Assembly (NCBI RefSeq): GCF_000690725.1
Contig: NW_007578902.1
Location: 103,695-114,073, forward strand
DNA from: Stegastes partitus
Taxonomy: Eukaryota
Reading direction: 5' to 3'
DNA length: 10,379 nucleotides
Each line of letters starts with the position of its first letter. The stretch's first letter is position 1. The notes beneath the pieces were generated by a model, which searched no databases, had not been told where the DNA came from, and saw only the letters and a program-made list of their open reading frames with translations. A program made the translations under genes and the position numbers. Shown in pieces: positions 8,681 to 10,379 of this stretch.

Positions 8681-9457
8681 CTGAACAAACACACAAAAAC
8701 AAGGTTCCTTTAAGTTAATAAACCACAGTGTCAGCTTTACATTTTGTCTTGTGCATCGTGTTGGCAGAAAATAAACTAAACATCTGAGTCTTTTTTTACT
8801 TCCGCTGATAAAACCTCCAAACTGCTGAGAACTAAAGTACACATAAGATAATAGAATATGATAAAAAGCAGCCACAAAAACATGAAAGTTAAGCAAACTT
8901 CACATTAGAAAAAGTACAAGAAAGTGGCAGAAAGGATGCAAATCACCTCCACAGGTTCTACAACTGATAATAACTCGACAACAGAACATCACGGTTGGTC
9001 CTCAGAGAGCCTTTATCTGAGCCACGATTTGGTTTTGGACCGGAGGAGGGATCTAACCTGCTGCAGGTACACCAGAAGTACGGTGTATTTGGTAAATATT
9101 CAAAATGAAAAAGCTGATTTTAGCTTTAAAGAGTTCAGAAAGACAAATTCTACAACGTTTAGAAAACGCTGATGGACTGCAGCAGACTTTATTTATGTCC
9201 ATCGTGGTTCCAGGAGTGGAAGCTCCCTCAGTTTTTATGGTTTGCAGGTTGCATACGAGCGAATACAGATGTGTTTATGAGTAGAAAGTATATTTGGACA
9301 CATGGACTCCTCGTGGAAGTGAAAACAGAGAACTGGAAGAAGGGCTGCTTGAAATAGTAAAGGACGGCTGCTCTCACCTGTGTCTGCGTGTATATATGCA
9401 TGCAATGGATGACTTATATGAAAAAAGCTTTGCAAAGAAGGAATCCAGCGAGGTTAC

Positions 9458-9589
9458 CTGTCCCACCACGTGTTTCCCGTTAATGAAAGCTTCAAATCCA
9501 CAAACTGCAGCAGAGTCATCCAGAGGGAACACGTACTTGGCCTCGATGGGCACCGAGCTCTGGTTGGTGTACTTCTGGAAGATGATCAC
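9458..9589 (-). CDS. Exon 2 of VIT-VWA gene (core of VIT domain); 132 nt, phase 0/0; encodes VIIFQKYTNQSSVPIEAKYVFPLDDSAAVCGFEAFINGKHVVGQ
   Basis: Acceptor is ggtcctctcccag|GTGATC and donor is GGACAG|GTAACC. The peptide is a strong match to the VIT-domain motif of VWA5A, (K)VPLEAFFVFPMDEDSAVYSFEALVDGKKIV. Confidence 0.8.
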
Positions 9590-9667
9590 CTGGGAGAGGA
9601 CCAATTCACAGGGCGGATGAGAAACGAGTTGTGAGACACAAAAGAAAACCACCTGTGCGTTCGTCAC

Positions 9668-9877
9668 CTGAGAGAGCAGATCCATCAGTTTGCACTTGAC
9701 GTGGACGGCCTGCAGGGGGAGCTGCTGCCCCGAGCTGTCCAGCAGTCCGGCCTTCACGCCGTCCAGAGGGTTGGCGACGTTTTCAACGCCGTCCACCTCC
9801 GATCCGACATCTGCAAACACAGAAAAACTGCAGTATGAGACCCTCTGCGCAGCCTGAGGAGTCAAATCTGGAAACAT
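9668..9877 (-). CDS. Exon 1 (first coding exon, putative initiator ATG at 9877-9875) of VIT-VWA gene; 210 nt; encodes MFPDLTPQAAQRVSYCSFSVFADVGSEVDGVENVANPLDGVKAGLLDSSGQQLPLQAVHVKCKLMDLLSQ
   Basis: Donor is CTCTCAG|GTGACG, followed by a 78-nt intron. The GLL...PLPL segment aligns with the recalled N-terminus of VWA5A/VWA5B (MVHFCGLLTLHREPLPL / MPGLL...PLPL). The ATG at 9877 is the first in-frame ATG after an in-frame TAG 14 codons upstream, and it is preceded by an acceptor-like tttgtttttcttacag. The start is uncertain because an internal acceptor tttttctgtgtttgcag|AT at 9810 is also possible. Confidence 0.55.
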
Positions 9878-10379
9878 GTGCTGGCTGTAAGAAAAACAAA
9901 CACAACACTTGTGAAACTACGAGGCAATAATAGTGCAGACGCATTATGTTTTTGCACATGTTTAGAATTTTACAGTTTTAGTTGATATAAAGGGTGTAAA
10001 TATTCATGCATTCAGACCTCAAAACTCAAAAAAACAAACAGTAAAACAAAGTGAGCAGAGTGAGATCTAGAAGTTTATATTTATATATTTCACTACAATG
10101 TGTGATATTATTTATTAGCTCAGTCAGTATAACTGCCAGCATTACTTTATACCTTTCTATTCCAGCCTTATTTTAGTTCCATAATGAACTGTACTTATAT
10201 TTTGATTGTTTCTTTATTTGTTAGACACTGACTTTCTCATGTCATTTGATTTTTTTTTTAGCAATATCTATCAGAAGAATTTCCTTCAGACTAATATTTA
10301 ATCTCATCATGTATTTTTGTATTTTTTTAAAGAGCCCATATTCTGCATATTTACAGGTTACTGAAATATACATCCATAT

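Noticed and set aside
8924-9357. Plus-strand ORFs 8924-9172 and 9172-9357 in intron 2 as a nested gene
   Set aside because: They are AT-rich and low-complexity, with no homology, no splice signals and no coding-like composition. They are typical random intronic ORFs.
1-10379. Prokaryotic-style novel system (defence island, CRISPR array, operon, toxin-antitoxin)
   Set aside because: The sequence is clearly eukaryotic: spliced exons with GT-AG introns, polypyrimidine tracts, vertebrate-type micro- and minisatellites, and a Tc1 relic. There are no long contiguous ORFs, no RBS-spaced gene arrays, and no CRISPR-like repeat-spacer periodicity. The tandem arrays have degenerate, related units and not unique spacers.

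Overview
This window is vertebrate nuclear DNA with teleost-fish character. Coding exons are short and GC-rich, the long introns are AT-rich, every junction is a canonical GT-AG splice site, several introns are only 77-79 nt long, microsatellites are present, and one intron carries a Tc1/mariner transposase relic. Nothing here has prokaryotic organisation, so I find no hidden defence, CRISPR or operon-like system.

The dominant feature is one multi-exon gene on the minus strand. It runs from a candidate start codon at 9877 down past the start of the window. From the six-frame translations and splice-site/phase logic I reconstructed 14 consecutive exons totalling 1731 nt (577 codons). Reading phase is consistent across every junction. 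The assembled protein has an N-terminal VIT domain (motif VPIEAKYVFPLDDSAAVCGFEAFINGKHV) followed by a von Willebrand factor A domain with an intact MIDAS motif (D-M-S-E-S). It is co-linear with my recollection of human VWA5A, also known as BCSC-1, in the VWA5A/VWA5B family. It has no signal peptide, so it looks cytoplasmic like VWA5A rather than like the secreted ITIH proteins. The C-terminal part, roughly 200 aa, must lie beyond coordinate 1.

The introns contain four notable elements:
- An A/C-rich minisatellite of about 750 bp at 1478-2220, with units of roughly 21 bp and a higher-order period near 380 bp. It ends about 40 nt from the 3' splice site of exon 12, and it explains all the long stop-free ORFs in that region on both strands.
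- A second minisatellite at 1-500, with a monomer of roughly 19-20 bp and a higher-order period near 150 bp, truncated by the window edge.
- A degenerate Tc1-like (Sleeping-Beauty-like) transposase fragment lying antisense in intron 8.
- A compound (TA)n(TG)n microsatellite.

Smaller points worth a second look are a stop-free, in-frame 78-nt first intron, a 47-nt exon, a decoy GTAAGT donor, and an acceptor-like pyrimidine tract immediately 5' of the candidate ATG. That tract suggests a 5'UTR intron with the first non-coding exon outside the window. All protein similarities are from memory of the family and not from a database search.
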